NCBI GenBank assembly: GCA_019704295.1
Contig: AP024596.1
Coordinates: 192,001-256,000, forward strand
DNA from: Sulfolobales archaeon HS-7
GTDB lineage: Archaea; Thermoproteota; Thermoprotei_A; Sulfolobales; Sulfolobaceae
Length of the DNA: 64,000 nucleotides
Reading direction: 5' to 3'
Position 1 is the stretch's first letter; the number at the start of each line of letters is the position of its first letter. This document shows positions 50,990 through 61,091 of the stretch, piece after piece. The notes beneath the pieces are model-generated. The model worked only from the letters and a program-made list of their open reading frames with translations, was not told the origin of the DNA and searched no databases. The translations under genes and the position numbers were made by a program.

Positions 50990-52823
50990 ATCCCAATGCC
51001 CTCTTTATTTCCTCGAGACTGGAAATGTCATCTAGTGTAGAAATATCTCCTATTTCCTCTCTATTTGCTACCGCCCTTATAAGTCTTCTCATTATTTTTC
51101 CGCTTTTAGTCTTGGGCAATCTCTTAACGAATCTGACGTCATGAAGTATCGAACCGGAGTTCCTCACATAATCCTTAAGCTCATTCGCTATAACGTCTCC
51201 TGCTTCACCTCTAGGCACTATAAGGGCAATTATCTTACCATCCTTAGTTCCTGATACAGCAACCTCAGCTACCCTCGGATTTTTGGCTAATATTCCCTCT
51301 ATCTCCATCGTCCCTATCCGAGAGCCCTCAGCTGTAATTACGTCATCAGCTCTACCCAGAACGTATAAGTATCCTTCATCGTCGTAATATCCGAAGTCTC
51401 CTGTGTAGAACCTGCCTGGGAATCTCAACCAGTAGGACTTCTGTAACCTTTCTCCTGAAGGATCGTTCCACATTTTAGCCATAGCCGGGTTGGGTAAGGT
51501 AAGAACTATGTAACCCTTCCTATCGGGTGGAAGGGGGGTACCATCATCATCTACTACTGCAAATTCAGAACCTGGGAATCCCGTTCCTGCTGAACCGGGT
51601 TTAAACGGTATTTCCCCTAATCCATAAGGAGTAGCCGCTAGAGGAAGTAGGTGTTCCGTCATCCAGTATGCATCTCCTATAGTAACTCCGGGTAAGTGGT
51701 TGACAAGCCAATCCCACGCTCCAGGGTTAAGCGTTTCTCCTGTATTCAAGATCATCCTTAGCGTATCAACGCCTCTAACCGACTCCTCTCCTAACGCCTT
51801 TAACGTATAAAGGGACGTTGTAGATGACCAGATTAAGGTTATCCCAAATTTCCTAACTATTGATGCGAAAGTGTTAAGCTTATAATTAATTGCCCCCTCG
51901 TAAAGAACACCCGTCAGCCCCATGTAAGGAATGGTGTAAAGGTTTGCCATCGGCCATACTGGCCATCCTAATTCGGATATTGTCCACCATATATCATCCT
52001 CCGTGGGCGCCATGAGGGCGTTGAATGCCCAGTTTAGTGCAACGGGCAATCCCGCCGTTGTGTGATACAATCCCTTCGGTCTTCCAGTAGTTCCAGATGT
52101 ATAATATATTGTGAGGGGGTGATTTGCTTCAACTTCCACAGGAGATACATATTCGTCAACATATTCTCCTACTACGTCCCTCTCTGCCTTTAACGAGAGC
52201 TCGTCACCCTTTCTAGGAACTACGATAACTTTCTCGATTGGATTCTCCCTTTCCAGAACTTTATCCACGAAGCCCTTTATGTTAATTTCATTTCCTCCTC
52301 TTATCGTTTTAGGAGTCGTAATGAAAAATCTCGAATTGCTATCCTTAAGTCTGTAAGCGAGAGTTTCCTCGCTCAACCCTATGTAGTGTATTACCAGAAT
52401 CGCACCAAGTCTGTGAATTGCCAGGGACCAAATCACAGCTTCTGGAGATGATGGCATCATTAGGGATACTGTGTCTCCTTTACTCACGCCAAGTTCTCTC
52501 AGAAAAGCCGCAGCACCATTTACTTTCCTGTAGAGTTCCCCATAACTTATTCCACGGTCCTCTCCCTTTTCATTAGTGTAATAGAACGCAACCCTGTTTT
52601 TTAGTTTTGGAATGTGTCTGTCTACTGCATTAAAACTCACGTTAGTAGTGCCTCCAACAAACCAATTAACTAACGGAGGCTCCCCTTCGAGCACTTTTAC
52701 CGGAGACTTGAACCATGAAATGGCCTTCGCTTTGTCTTCCCAGAACTCCTCGAGGTTTTCTTTAGCATATTGTCTTAGCGTTTTTAATCGATCTACAGAG
52801 TAGAGTTTCATATGCGATATCAA
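50982..52823 (-). CDS. AMP-forming short-chain acyl-CoA synthetase (Acs/PrpE-like); start may be 52811
   Basis: YTSGTTGRPKG, DAYWMTE, YTGD, GRADD, PKTKSGKIMRR. Confidence 0.88.
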   Translation of the reverse strand: MISHMKLYSVDRLKTLRQYAKENLEEFWEDKAKAISWFKSPVKVLEGEPPLVNWFVGGTTNVSFNAVDRHIPKLKNRVAFYYTNEKGEDRGISYGELYRKVNGAAAFLRELGVSKGDTVSLMMPSSPEAVIWSLAIHRLGAILVIHYIGLSEETLAYRLKDSNSRFFITTPKTIRGGNEINIKGFVDKVLERENPIEKVIVVPRKGDELSLKAERDVVGEYVDEYVSPVEVEANHPLTIYYTSGTTGRPKGLYHTTAGLPVALNWAFNALMAPTEDDIWWTISELGWPVWPMANLYTIPYMGLTGVLYEGAINYKLNTFASIVRKFGITLIWSSTTSLYTLKALGEESVRGVDTLRMILNTGETLNPGAWDWLVNHLPGVTIGDAYWMTEHLLPLAATPYGLGEIPFKPGSAGTGFPGSEFAVVDDDGTPLPPDRKGYIVLTLPNPAMAKMWNDPSGERLQKSYWLRFPGRFYTGDFGYYDDEGYLYVLGRADDVITAEGSRIGTMEIEGILAKNPRVAEVAVSGTKDGKIIALIVPRGEAGDVIANELKDYVRNSGSILHDVRFVKRLPKTKSGKIMRRLIRAVANREEIGDISTLDDISSLEEIKRALGYE

Positions 52824-53069
52824 ATTAATACATTATAAGTTTTTATACTTCGGTTCCCAGGCGTACTTGCACATAGCATCGTGAAAACACTTCAAAAAAT
52901 CTATGTCGGTTTGGTCCGTATAAGTTCGTAATGGTAAAGCAGATGTCACGCCGGATAATACAAACAAAAGTTTTTATCGGATTTACGTGGACACTGTGTG
53001 TTGTTTGCCATTTAATATTGACGATAAAGATACTACTAAAAATTTTTTAGAAATAATTCGAATTATATC

Positions 53070-55064
53070 TTACTTCCTAACCTGCTCCTTGAACTCGTGA
53101 AGAGCTTTCTTTACTTCCTCTACTGAAGCTTCATCCTCTAACGTTGTTACATCTCCTACTGGAGAATCCGTAGCTACCGACTTTATTACCCTCCTCATTA
53201 TCTTTCCGCTCCTCGTCTTGGGTAGTTTATTTACGAAGTGAATCTCCTTAAATACTGCGATTGGACTGTAGTTTTCCCTTACAAAGTTAATAAGTTCCTT
53301 ACTAAGCTCCTCGCTTGGTTCGACATTGGATCTCAAGATAATGAATGCTTCAGCAACTTCCCCTCTCACTTGATCAGGAACTCCTACAACTGCTGCCTCG
53401 GCTACGGCTGGATGTTGAATTAAGGCAGATTCCAGTTCGTAAGTCCCGATTCTATGTCCCGCGATCTTTAGCACTTCGTCAGCTCGTCCTAGTATCCAAA
53501 AGTAACCGTCCTGATCCTTTATAGCGTAATCCCCAGCATAGAATGAGTTAGGATATTTACTCCAATACACCTTAACATACCTCTCAGGGTCCTTATTAAT
53601 AGTAAGCGGCATTCCAGGCCAGGGTTTAGTGATCACCAAATATCCTTTCTTTCCCTCTGGCACTGGTTTACCCACCTCATCGAAGACGTTTGCCTCAATT
53701 CCGAAGAGCGGCGGACCGTTGGTGCCCGGCTTCATTGAAACTAGGTAGCTACCTGGTGCATGTGAAATCATGATGCCTCCTGTCTCAGTCATCCACCACG
53801 TGCTTCCAAACGGAGCTTTACCCCTCCCGACCAGCTTGTGGAACCATCTCCAAGCTTCTGGATTTATTGGCTCTCCGACAGAGTGTATGAGCCTTATACT
53901 GGTTACATCGTGTTTCGTGATCCACTTTTCTCCCTGCTTCATAAAGGTCCTTATCGCCGTTGGTGAGGTATATAGGATAGAAACCTGGTGTCTCTCCACT
54001 ATTGAAACCCATCTGTCTGGTTCTGGATAGTCCATAGCACCCTCGTACATAACTTCTGTAGCTCCTTCCTGAAGGGGACCGAATACTATGTAAGAGTGCC
54101 CAGTAACCCACCCAATATCAGCGGTGCACCAGAAGATATCGTCGTCCCTAACATCGAACACATGCTTCATCGTAGAGTGTAAAAGCGTCAAATATCCACC
54201 TGTATCATGCACAATTCCCTTGGGCTTTCCCGTTGTTCCAGAGGTGTAAAGTATATAGAGGGGACTTTCGCTTTTCATTCTCTCTGGTTCCACATACGCG
54301 TTCCCCGGAACTTCGGACATTACATCATGAAGGTAAGCATCTCTATCTTGCTTCATACTTATTTCGGTACCTGTTCTCTTAACTACCAGAACTTTCTTGA
54401 CGGTTTTTGCGGATTCGAGCGCTCTATCAACCACCTCCTTTAACGGAACTACTTTCCCTCTCCTCCATCCTCCATCTGCGGTGACTATGAGTTTTGCATC
54501 GGCATCGTTCATCCTATCTGCAACCGCTTGGGAACTGAATCCGGAGAAGACGACCGTAAATACGACGCCTATCCTTGCTGCGGCTAGCATAAAAATGGGT
54601 AACTCAGGTATCATTGGCAAGTAGATCCCTATTGTATCTCCTCTCTTAAGACCGTAGATCTCCTTTAGCAAATGGGCTACTCGATTTACTTCCCTGTATA
54701 AGTCAAGATAGGTAAATTTTCTCACTTCTTTAGGCCCGTTTTCCCAGGGTTCTCCCTCCCATATTATCGCTACTTTATTTCTTCTCCAAGAGTTCGCATG
54801 TCTATCTACGGTTAGGTATGAGGCATTAAGCTCGCCTCCTACAAACCACTTGTAAAATGGCGGATCCGAGTCGTCAAGAGTTTTTTCCCACGGTTTAAAC
54901 CAATCTAGTTCCTTTGCTATTGATTCCCAGTACTCCCTGCTGTTTTCAATAGTCATCCTATGTATTCTCATATACTCCTCAGGTGAAACTAGACGGTGCC
55001 TAAGGAGTTCGGGAATTATTTTATCTTGAAAAGGCAGATTAGACGGATTTTCCATATAAGACAT
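53070..55064 (-). CDS. acs: Acetyl-CoA synthetase
   Basis: YTSGTTGKPKG, CTADIGWVTGHSY, VGEPINPEAW, TWWMTETG, PKTRSGKIMRR. Confidence 0.92.
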   Translation of the reverse strand: MSYMENPSNLPFQDKIIPELLRHRLVSPEEYMRIHRMTIENSREYWESIAKELDWFKPWEKTLDDSDPPFYKWFVGGELNASYLTVDRHANSWRRNKVAIIWEGEPWENGPKEVRKFTYLDLYREVNRVAHLLKEIYGLKRGDTIGIYLPMIPELPIFMLAAARIGVVFTVVFSGFSSQAVADRMNDADAKLIVTADGGWRRGKVVPLKEVVDRALESAKTVKKVLVVKRTGTEISMKQDRDAYLHDVMSEVPGNAYVEPERMKSESPLYILYTSGTTGKPKGIVHDTGGYLTLLHSTMKHVFDVRDDDIFWCTADIGWVTGHSYIVFGPLQEGATEVMYEGAMDYPEPDRWVSIVERHQVSILYTSPTAIRTFMKQGEKWITKHDVTSIRLIHSVGEPINPEAWRWFHKLVGRGKAPFGSTWWMTETGGIMISHAPGSYLVSMKPGTNGPPLFGIEANVFDEVGKPVPEGKKGYLVITKPWPGMPLTINKDPERYVKVYWSKYPNSFYAGDYAIKDQDGYFWILGRADEVLKIAGHRIGTYELESALIQHPAVAEAAVVGVPDQVRGEVAEAFIILRSNVEPSEELSKELINFVRENYSPIAVFKEIHFVNKLPKTRSGKIMRRVIKSVATDSPVGDVTTLEDEASVEEVKKALHEFKEQVRK

Positions 55065-55397
55065 ATATCTTAAAAATTAATACTATAAACCTAACGTAAC
55101 AGCGTAGTCTAGAGAGGATCGAATATAATCCTTTTCTTATGGACATCCTCATCTTCCGATATCCCCTCTGAAGTGGAAACATAAAGAATTAGAATACGTG
55201 AAATACTTAAACTAGGAAAAGTAATTAGACACGAAAGAGTACACCCATAAATCCCAACACCTCAGCCTGCTTAAGCGGACTTAAACCATGTTCTAAACTG
55301 AAGCAAAGATGAGAAAGATCACGGTAAATTCTGATAAGGGAATTTTCAATCAACTGCTATTGATTATTCACTCAAAATGTTATTTATCAATACCTTC

Positions 55398-55558
55398 GGG
55401 CCGTTCACGCTCTCATTGAGAATTGTAATTTATGGGAAAGTGTAATAAAATACAGTAAATTGCTAAGTTTAAATCCCGACAGTTACTGCAGTAGTATTGA
55501 ATTAGATTTGTCATAGTTATTGAAAGTAACTGAATTCAAAAGGAGACGTGAATAGCCC
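55398..55558 (+). mobile_element. 161-bp MITE (subtype A), copy M11
   Basis: GGGCCGTTCACGC...GACGTGAATAGCCC; closest to M3; no TSD retained. Confidence 0.85.
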
Positions 55559-55690
55559 AAAAGTATAGTCGTTATTCTGCATGCGGTAGACATTACCTTG
55601 AGAGAGTCTAATATTACTACATGAAAAAGAATAGGGCTACTAACAAACGTTAAGCGTTTTATCATTAAAGCGAAATTACTCTAGATAGTC

Positions 55691-55972
55691 TTGAGAAGAA
55701 TTAGTTACGAATTATTTGTAAATTATGGGAGGAGCGTGGGAGCTGTAACAGAGAGAGATAACCGCATAGAGATAACCTTTACTCCACCTACAGTTTCAGA
55801 TGCTGCAGAGACAGGGGATGTAGATGAGGTGCCCCCAGTTTACGTAATCGTAGCGGAGAGGAAGGGAGATGAGGTGGAGGTACAAGAAGTTAAGATCGAG
55901 TCTGAAAAGGGGAAACGTTACCTTACAGCGGAGGAAATAGAATTCTGGGTTGAGTCGGTATTTAGAGAGTAA
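55691..55972 (+). CDS. Hypothetical acidic protein
   Basis: 93 aa, TTG start, co-oriented just upstream of mscS. Confidence 0.6.
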   Translation: MRRISYELFVNYGRSVGAVTERDNRIEITFTPPTVSDAAETGDVDEVPPVYVIVAERKGDEVEVQEVKIESEKGKRYLTAEEIEFWVESVFRE

Positions 55973-56001
55973 TTTATTTTATGTAAAAACACATCTATTC
56001 T

Positions 56002-56904
56002 ATGAAGCGCTCTACTAGCTACATCGTGGCTCTTTCCCTTACGATAATTATAGCTTTCATCCTACTTGGATTAGCCGTCTACACATTAGTAGGTCTCAAA
56101 GTGTTACCAGTATCAGACTCGATAATTTTCTACGCTGTGATTATTGCAGGTGGGGGCACTGTAATTACGCTATTTCTCTCATCAATGATGAAAAGGCTTT
56201 CTGACGTTGTGGGTGAGGCCAATTCCAGTGTTCTGCAGTTTTTAGTAAGGCTATTAGGTTTCATAATAACGGCTGTTGCCCTACTTTCTCTGTTTAAGGT
56301 AAGTGCGGACTTAGCTTATTTCGGAGGGACAGCTATAGGACTTATTCTCGGATTAGCTTCACAGGACGTCCTTTCTAATATATTTGGGGGCTTAGTAATT
56401 CTATTCTCTAGACCATTTAAGGTAGGGGACAGGGTCACAATTTCCACATGGCAGTACGGTCTTCTTGCACCTACCTATCAACCGAAGTTTTGGTCAAATG
56501 ATTTCCTTATTCCCGGATATACCGGAAGAATTACCGAAATAGCACTAATGTATACCACCGTTATAACTGACGAGAATATCCCGCTAAAGATACCTAACAG
56601 CATCATGGTTCAGGCTGCGGTTTTCATTCACGGTGCAAATGAACATAGAGTGGTGCGCACCAAATATGAAATTCCTAAAGACATAGAACCTGATCTGGCG
56701 ATCTCCGAACTTAAGAGGGAACTCTCTAAATTAGATGTATTTGCAAGGGAACCTGAAATAAGGATATTAGATACTACGCTTAACACCTACGTTATTGTAA
56801 TTGAGGCATTGTGTAAAGGGGAATTTGAAGAGCCTCCACGAAGTGAAATAATTAAAATCGTAATGAGAACTGTGAGACAGTTACAGCTGGCTAAACAACG
56901 CTAA
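56002..56904 (+). CDS. mscS: Small-conductance mechanosensitive channel
   Basis: GLILGLASQDVLSNIFGG..SRPFKVGDRV, GRITEI.LMYT, IPNS. Confidence 0.9.
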   Translation: MKRSTSYIVALSLTIIIAFILLGLAVYTLVGLKVLPVSDSIIFYAVIIAGGGTVITLFLSSMMKRLSDVVGEANSSVLQFLVRLLGFIITAVALLSLFKVSADLAYFGGTAIGLILGLASQDVLSNIFGGLVILFSRPFKVGDRVTISTWQYGLLAPTYQPKFWSNDFLIPGYTGRITEIALMYTTVITDENIPLKIPNSIMVQAAVFIHGANEHRVVRTKYEIPKDIEPDLAISELKRELSKLDVFAREPEIRILDTTLNTYVIVIEALCKGEFEEPPRSEIIKIVMRTVRQLQLAKQR

Positions 56905-56934
56905 CCTTTTTTCCTATTCAGAAGAAGGACGAAT

Positions 56935-57948
56935 ATGGTAACGGTAATTCTCGGAGGGGGTTTCGCAGGAGTATCGGCGAAACTGAGATGTAGAGAGTGC
57001 GTACTAGTTGATAAGAGTGACTATTTCATCAATACTAGTAAACTGGTTGATGTCGTGGAAGGTAAAAACCCAGAATACTGTAAGATAAAGAGAAGGGCTG
57101 ACATCCAAGCGGAAGTGATCTCTGTTAACTACAGGGAGAGGAAAATAGTCATAAGTGAGGGACAGTTGCATTACGATAAATTAATTGTAGCTCTGGGATA
57201 CGTCCAAGACGTCTCCAGGATTAAGGGGGCAGAGAAGTTCGGGTACAGACTGTCAACAATGGAGGAAGCAATGAAACTTAGGGAGTTAAACAGGAAGGAT
57301 AAAACCGCAGTTATCATTGGTGGAGGTTCCCTTGGAGTTGAGCTAGCAGGAGTATGGAAGGGGAAAGTTAAGATCGTAGAAGGAGGAAAGGGATTAGTAT
57401 CATTCCTTGGTAGCGAAGTTTCAAAATACGCTGAGAAGAAATTAACGGAGAGCGGAGGTGAGGTGATAGTGGATGCACAGGTAGAGGAGGTTAAGGAAAG
57501 GGAGTTAGTAACTAGTCAGGGAACAATTCCTTATGACGTGTTAATCATTACAATAGGGATTTCTCCAAGTCCATTAATTAAAAATTCAGGGTTTCAGAAC
57601 AAGGGCGGTAGGATGTTAGTCGATAAATACCTTAGATCGATTGACGACGAGAACGTATTTGGAGTTGGTGATTGTGCCGTCGGAAACGATTACTTCTGGC
57701 CGATGTCTGCACAAATAGCGTTACAATCCGGTGAGATCGCTGCCCAAAACATTATGGGAAAGAATATCGAATTTACACCAAAACAAGAAGCGGTGGTTCT
57801 AAGGATTGGCCAAGAATACTTTGGGACTTTTAGAGGGAAGTTCGTTCAAGGTAAAACTGCATCTCTACTCAAACATTTAGCGATTATTAACAGCAACTTC
57901 AGGGCTTCCCTTTCCAACTTCACGCAGTTAACTGCACCTGTGACATAA
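56935..57948 (+). CDS. Type II NADH dehydrogenase-like FAD oxidoreductase
   Basis: [44 protein letters not shown]. Confidence 0.82.
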   Translation: MVTVILGGGFAGVSAKLRCRECVLVDKSDYFINTSKLVDVVEGKNPEYCKIKRRADIQAEVISVNYRERKIVISEGQLHYDKLIVALGYVQDVSRIKGAEKFGYRLSTMEEAMKLRELNRKDKTAVIIGGGSLGVELAGVWKGKVKIVEGGKGLVSFLGSEVSKYAEKKLTESGGEVIVDAQVEEVKERELVTSQGTIPYDVLIITIGISPSPLIKNSGFQNKGGRMLVDKYLRSIDDENVFGVGDCAVGNDYFWPMSAQIALQSGEIAAQNIMGKNIEFTPKQEAVVLRIGQEYFGTFRGKFVQGKTASLLKHLAIINSNFRASLSNFTQLTAPVT

Positions 57949-58834
57949 GTTCTTTAAACGTCTTGTGAAAGTCCCTCAATGCAGCGTTAAAGCTCTCTCT
58001 ATCTTTTTCACTTAGGGTTGATTCGAGTGTAGGTCCGATAGATGCCCCAACAACGGTTGGAATTCCAACGTGAATCATCTCTCCCTCGAACTCGTTGGGA
58101 ACAGCTATACTCATCACTCTATTCTCGTTCTTAACTACAGACCTCACTATGTCCTTTATTATAGTTGCCGGTCCCCACGTCGTACCCTTCAATACCCTTA
58201 TTATTTCCGCCGGTATCTTCTTAACATACTCCTCGACTTCTTTCTTATCTATGTTATATTGTTCGATAGGTTTTCCTTTTACTGTTACAGTACTCCAAAA
58301 GATCACCGCGTCCTCTCCGTGTTCGCCCCCTACAAAACCATTAACTTGTGTAACTGGAACTTTCAGCTTCTTAGCTATATAGGACCTCATTCTCATTGTC
58401 TCGACTTGATCCCCAGTACTGATCGTAAATTGTTTTGAGTACTTCTGAAATACAGAGGCCATCATGTCCACCGGATTTGTCACCATTATGTAAAGCGCTC
58501 CGGGATTCCTGTTAGGTAGTTGCTTGCTTAACTCGAACATCAGCTTTGCATTATCGGCAAATAGATCCCTTCTACTCATACCCTCCTTTCGTGGTTTCCC
58601 TGCTGTGATTACAATTATGTCGTAGTTGTTAATATCGTCTATATTCGTAGTTCCTAGCATTTCAACGTTTAACCCCCTCGTTGTCACGGCATGCCTCATT
58701 TCGTGCTCAAACTTTTCGCCTACCTCAGGTACTATGTCGTAAAATACGGCCTCGTTTGCTAAACCATCCATAACTATAGAGTAAGCAATCGTCTGACCTA
58801 TTTTTCCAACTCCAACAAAGCCTATTTTCGTCAT
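57920..58834 (-). CDS. mdh: Malate dehydrogenase (LDH-like); likely start ATG 58834
   Basis: [31 protein letters not shown]. Confidence 0.88.
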   Translation of the reverse strand: MTKIGFVGVGKIGQTIAYSIVMDGLANEAVFYDIVPEVGEKFEHEMRHAVTTRGLNVEMLGTTNIDDINNYDIIVITAGKPRKEGMSRRDLFADNAKLMFELSKQLPNRNPGALYIMVTNPVDMMASVFQKYSKQFTISTGDQVETMRMRSYIAKKLKVPVTQVNGFVGGEHGEDAVIFWSTVTVKGKPIEQYNIDKKEVEEYVKKIPAEIIRVLKGTTWGPATIIKDIVRSVVKNENRVMSIAVPNEFEGEMIHVGIPTVVGASIGPTLESTLSEKDRESFNAALRDFHKTFKELMSQVQLTA

Positions 58835-58887
58835 GATGAACGTGTAAAACTCCAAAAATATAAACCTAACCGTCCATAGTATCGAAT

Positions 58888-60156
58888 ATGTCTCTAGAAG
58901 AGGAATTAGTTAGCTCGATTGTAAACTTAAAGGACATTGAATTAGAGGAAAAGATCAAGCATGAAATTAGAAGAAGGGTTCTTGACTCCCTAGGAGTAGC
59001 TATTGCATCCTCGTCATCTCCCCCCGCCGAAGCTACTAAAAGGCTAATGAATTATTTTCCTGGTAAGGTATCTACAATTACAGGTGAATTGACAACTGTC
59101 GACTTAGCGGGATTTTACAACACTTTACTAATAAGATACCAGGACTTCAACGATACATACCTATCCAAAGAGCCTTTACATCCAAGTGATATGATAGGAG
59201 GTATTTTAGCAGTTGATAACGCCTTCAGGATAACCGATTTATATAAGGCAATAGCAATAGCCTATGAGGTTGGAGTGAGCCTATGTGATGCGGAGACCCT
59301 TAGAACTAAGGGGTTCGACCACGTCAATTACCTCCAATTAGCCGAGACAGCCGGACTTGGTGTTGCTCTTAACCTGACCGAGGACGAAGTTCGCAACGCA
59401 ATGGCTATTTCCTTGGTCCCTAATGTAGCTTTGAGGGAAACCAGAGTGGGAACTCTCTCTATGTGGAAAGCTGGGGCTGCCGCGGACGCAATAAGGAAAT
59501 CCGTCTTCGCAACGTTGGCTGCCAAGTCAGGTTTTACCGGTCCTGAAAAGTTCCTCTCTGGAAAAATGGGATTCGCCCAACTGGTAAAGGGGGATTATCA
59601 AGAGATAGCGAAAATCAAAGACGTTTCCGGCATAGAGCGTACTCTTATGAAGAAGTACCCTGTGGAATACCACGCGCAAGCAGCTGTTCAAATATCTCTG
59701 AATATCCACAAAAAGGTGAGACCCAGTGATATAAACTCAGTGACAGTAGAGATTTACGAAGCTGGGAAGACGATTCTCGCAGATCCGGAAAAATGGAACC
59801 CTACCACAAAAGAAACAGCAGATCATAGCTTACCGTTTGTTGTAGCCGCTGCTCTTGTAACTGGAGACTTTTGGTTGGATACTTACAACTTAATTTTCGA
59901 TGAGAAGATCAGGGATGTAATGAAAAAGGTTAAGGTTGAGGAGAATTCTGAGTATACTAAAGTATATCCAGGGAAGCTCCCAACAAAAATCGTGGTAAAA
60001 ACTGCGTCAGGAACGACGGAGGAGGAGTTACAAGTTCCTCGCGGTCATTATCTGGATCCCATGTCGGACCAGGAGGTTGCGGACAAATTCTTAAGACTTA
60101 TAGGAAGGAACGATTTGGTTGAGAGGATAATGAAAAGGGGTATTTTAAATGGATAA
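58888..60156 (+). CDS. prpD: 2-methylcitrate dehydratase (MmgE/PrpD)
   Basis: [40 protein letters not shown]. Confidence 0.9.
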   Translation: MSLEEELVSSIVNLKDIELEEKIKHEIRRRVLDSLGVAIASSSSPPAEATKRLMNYFPGKVSTITGELTTVDLAGFYNTLLIRYQDFNDTYLSKEPLHPSDMIGGILAVDNAFRITDLYKAIAIAYEVGVSLCDAETLRTKGFDHVNYLQLAETAGLGVALNLTEDEVRNAMAISLVPNVALRETRVGTLSMWKAGAAADAIRKSVFATLAAKSGFTGPEKFLSGKMGFAQLVKGDYQEIAKIKDVSGIERTLMKKYPVEYHAQAAVQISLNIHKKVRPSDINSVTVEIYEAGKTILADPEKWNPTTKETADHSLPFVVAAALVTGDFWLDTYNLIFDEKIRDVMKKVKVEENSEYTKVYPGKLPTKIVVKTASGTTEEELQVPRGHYLDPMSDQEVADKFLRLIGRNDLVERIMKRGILNG

Positions 60157-61006
60157 CCCCATCCTGTTAGAGGAGTTCATGATAATTCCGGGCGTGTTTG
60201 ACCCGTTTACTGCTCTCTTAGCTAAGAGAGAGGGGTTTAAGGCAGTTTACCTCTCAGGTGCGGCTTTAACCTCTTCTCTAGGACTTCCAGACCTTGGGGT
60301 CATCTCTTTATATGAACTAGCTGACGTAGTGAGGAAGATAAGGGAGGTAACTGATATACCGATAATAGTTGATGCAGATACGGGTTTCGGAGAGGCACTT
60401 AACGTTTACAGAACAGTTAGAGTGCTTGAAGCGGCTGGTGCATCAGCAATACAAATAGAGGATCAGGTTAATCCAAAGAGGTGCGGTCATTTGGACGGAA
60501 AGGAGGTAATAATCAAGGATCACATGAGGGAGAAAATAAGGGCTGCGCTAATGGCAAGAAAGAACTGCGCGATCATCGCTAGGACCGACTCAAGAGCTGT
60601 TGAAGGATTTGAGGCCGCAATTGAGAGGGCGAAAAATTACCTTGAGGAGGGGGCAGATATCATATTTCCTGAGGCATTAACATCCGAGGAGGAGTTCAGG
60701 AGTTTCGCCCAGGAAGTTAAAGCCCCTTTGTTAGCTAATATGACGGAATTCGGAAAAACCCCGCTAATTCCAGCGTCAAAATTTAGAGAAATGGGATATA
60801 AATACGTTATATTTCCAGTGACGTTACTAAGAGTTGCAGCGAAGGCAATGATTAAGGCCCTGCGAACACTTAGGGACTATGGTACGCAGGAATCCATAAT
60901 GTCCGACATGATAACTAGAAATGAGCAATATGACATCATTGGCTACCACTTTTATGAGAAGCTTGATAAGGACTTAAGTAAGGGAGATAGACGTCTGGCG
61001 AGATAG
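60149..61006 (+). CDS. prpB: 2-methylisocitrate lyase
   Basis: YLSGA, LPDLG, VDADTGFG, IEDQV.PKRCGH, ARTD, LANMTEFGKTP. Confidence 0.92.
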   Translation: MDNPILLEEFMIIPGVFDPFTALLAKREGFKAVYLSGAALTSSLGLPDLGVISLYELADVVRKIREVTDIPIIVDADTGFGEALNVYRTVRVLEAAGASAIQIEDQVNPKRCGHLDGKEVIIKDHMREKIRAALMARKNCAIIARTDSRAVEGFEAAIERAKNYLEEGADIIFPEALTSEEEFRSFAQEVKAPLLANMTEFGKTPLIPASKFREMGYKYVIFPVTLLRVAAKAMIKALRTLRDYGTQESIMSDMITRNEQYDIIGYHFYEKLDKDLSKGDRRLAR

Positions 61007-61091
61007 CGTTTAACTAGTTAAACGAAGGCCTCACGTAATTAGGGTTATGAACAAACATTGTTTGCTTTCACAGGTTTGAAACTTCTTCTAT

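Noticed and set aside
4552-55558. 160-bp repeats as integron attC sites
   Set aside because: TIRs plus a perfect 8-bp TSD on one copy indicate transposition; orientations are mixed; there is no tyrosine integrase in the window
55483-55665. 60-aa minus-strand ORF
   Set aside because: Runs into MITE M11 and has no protein features
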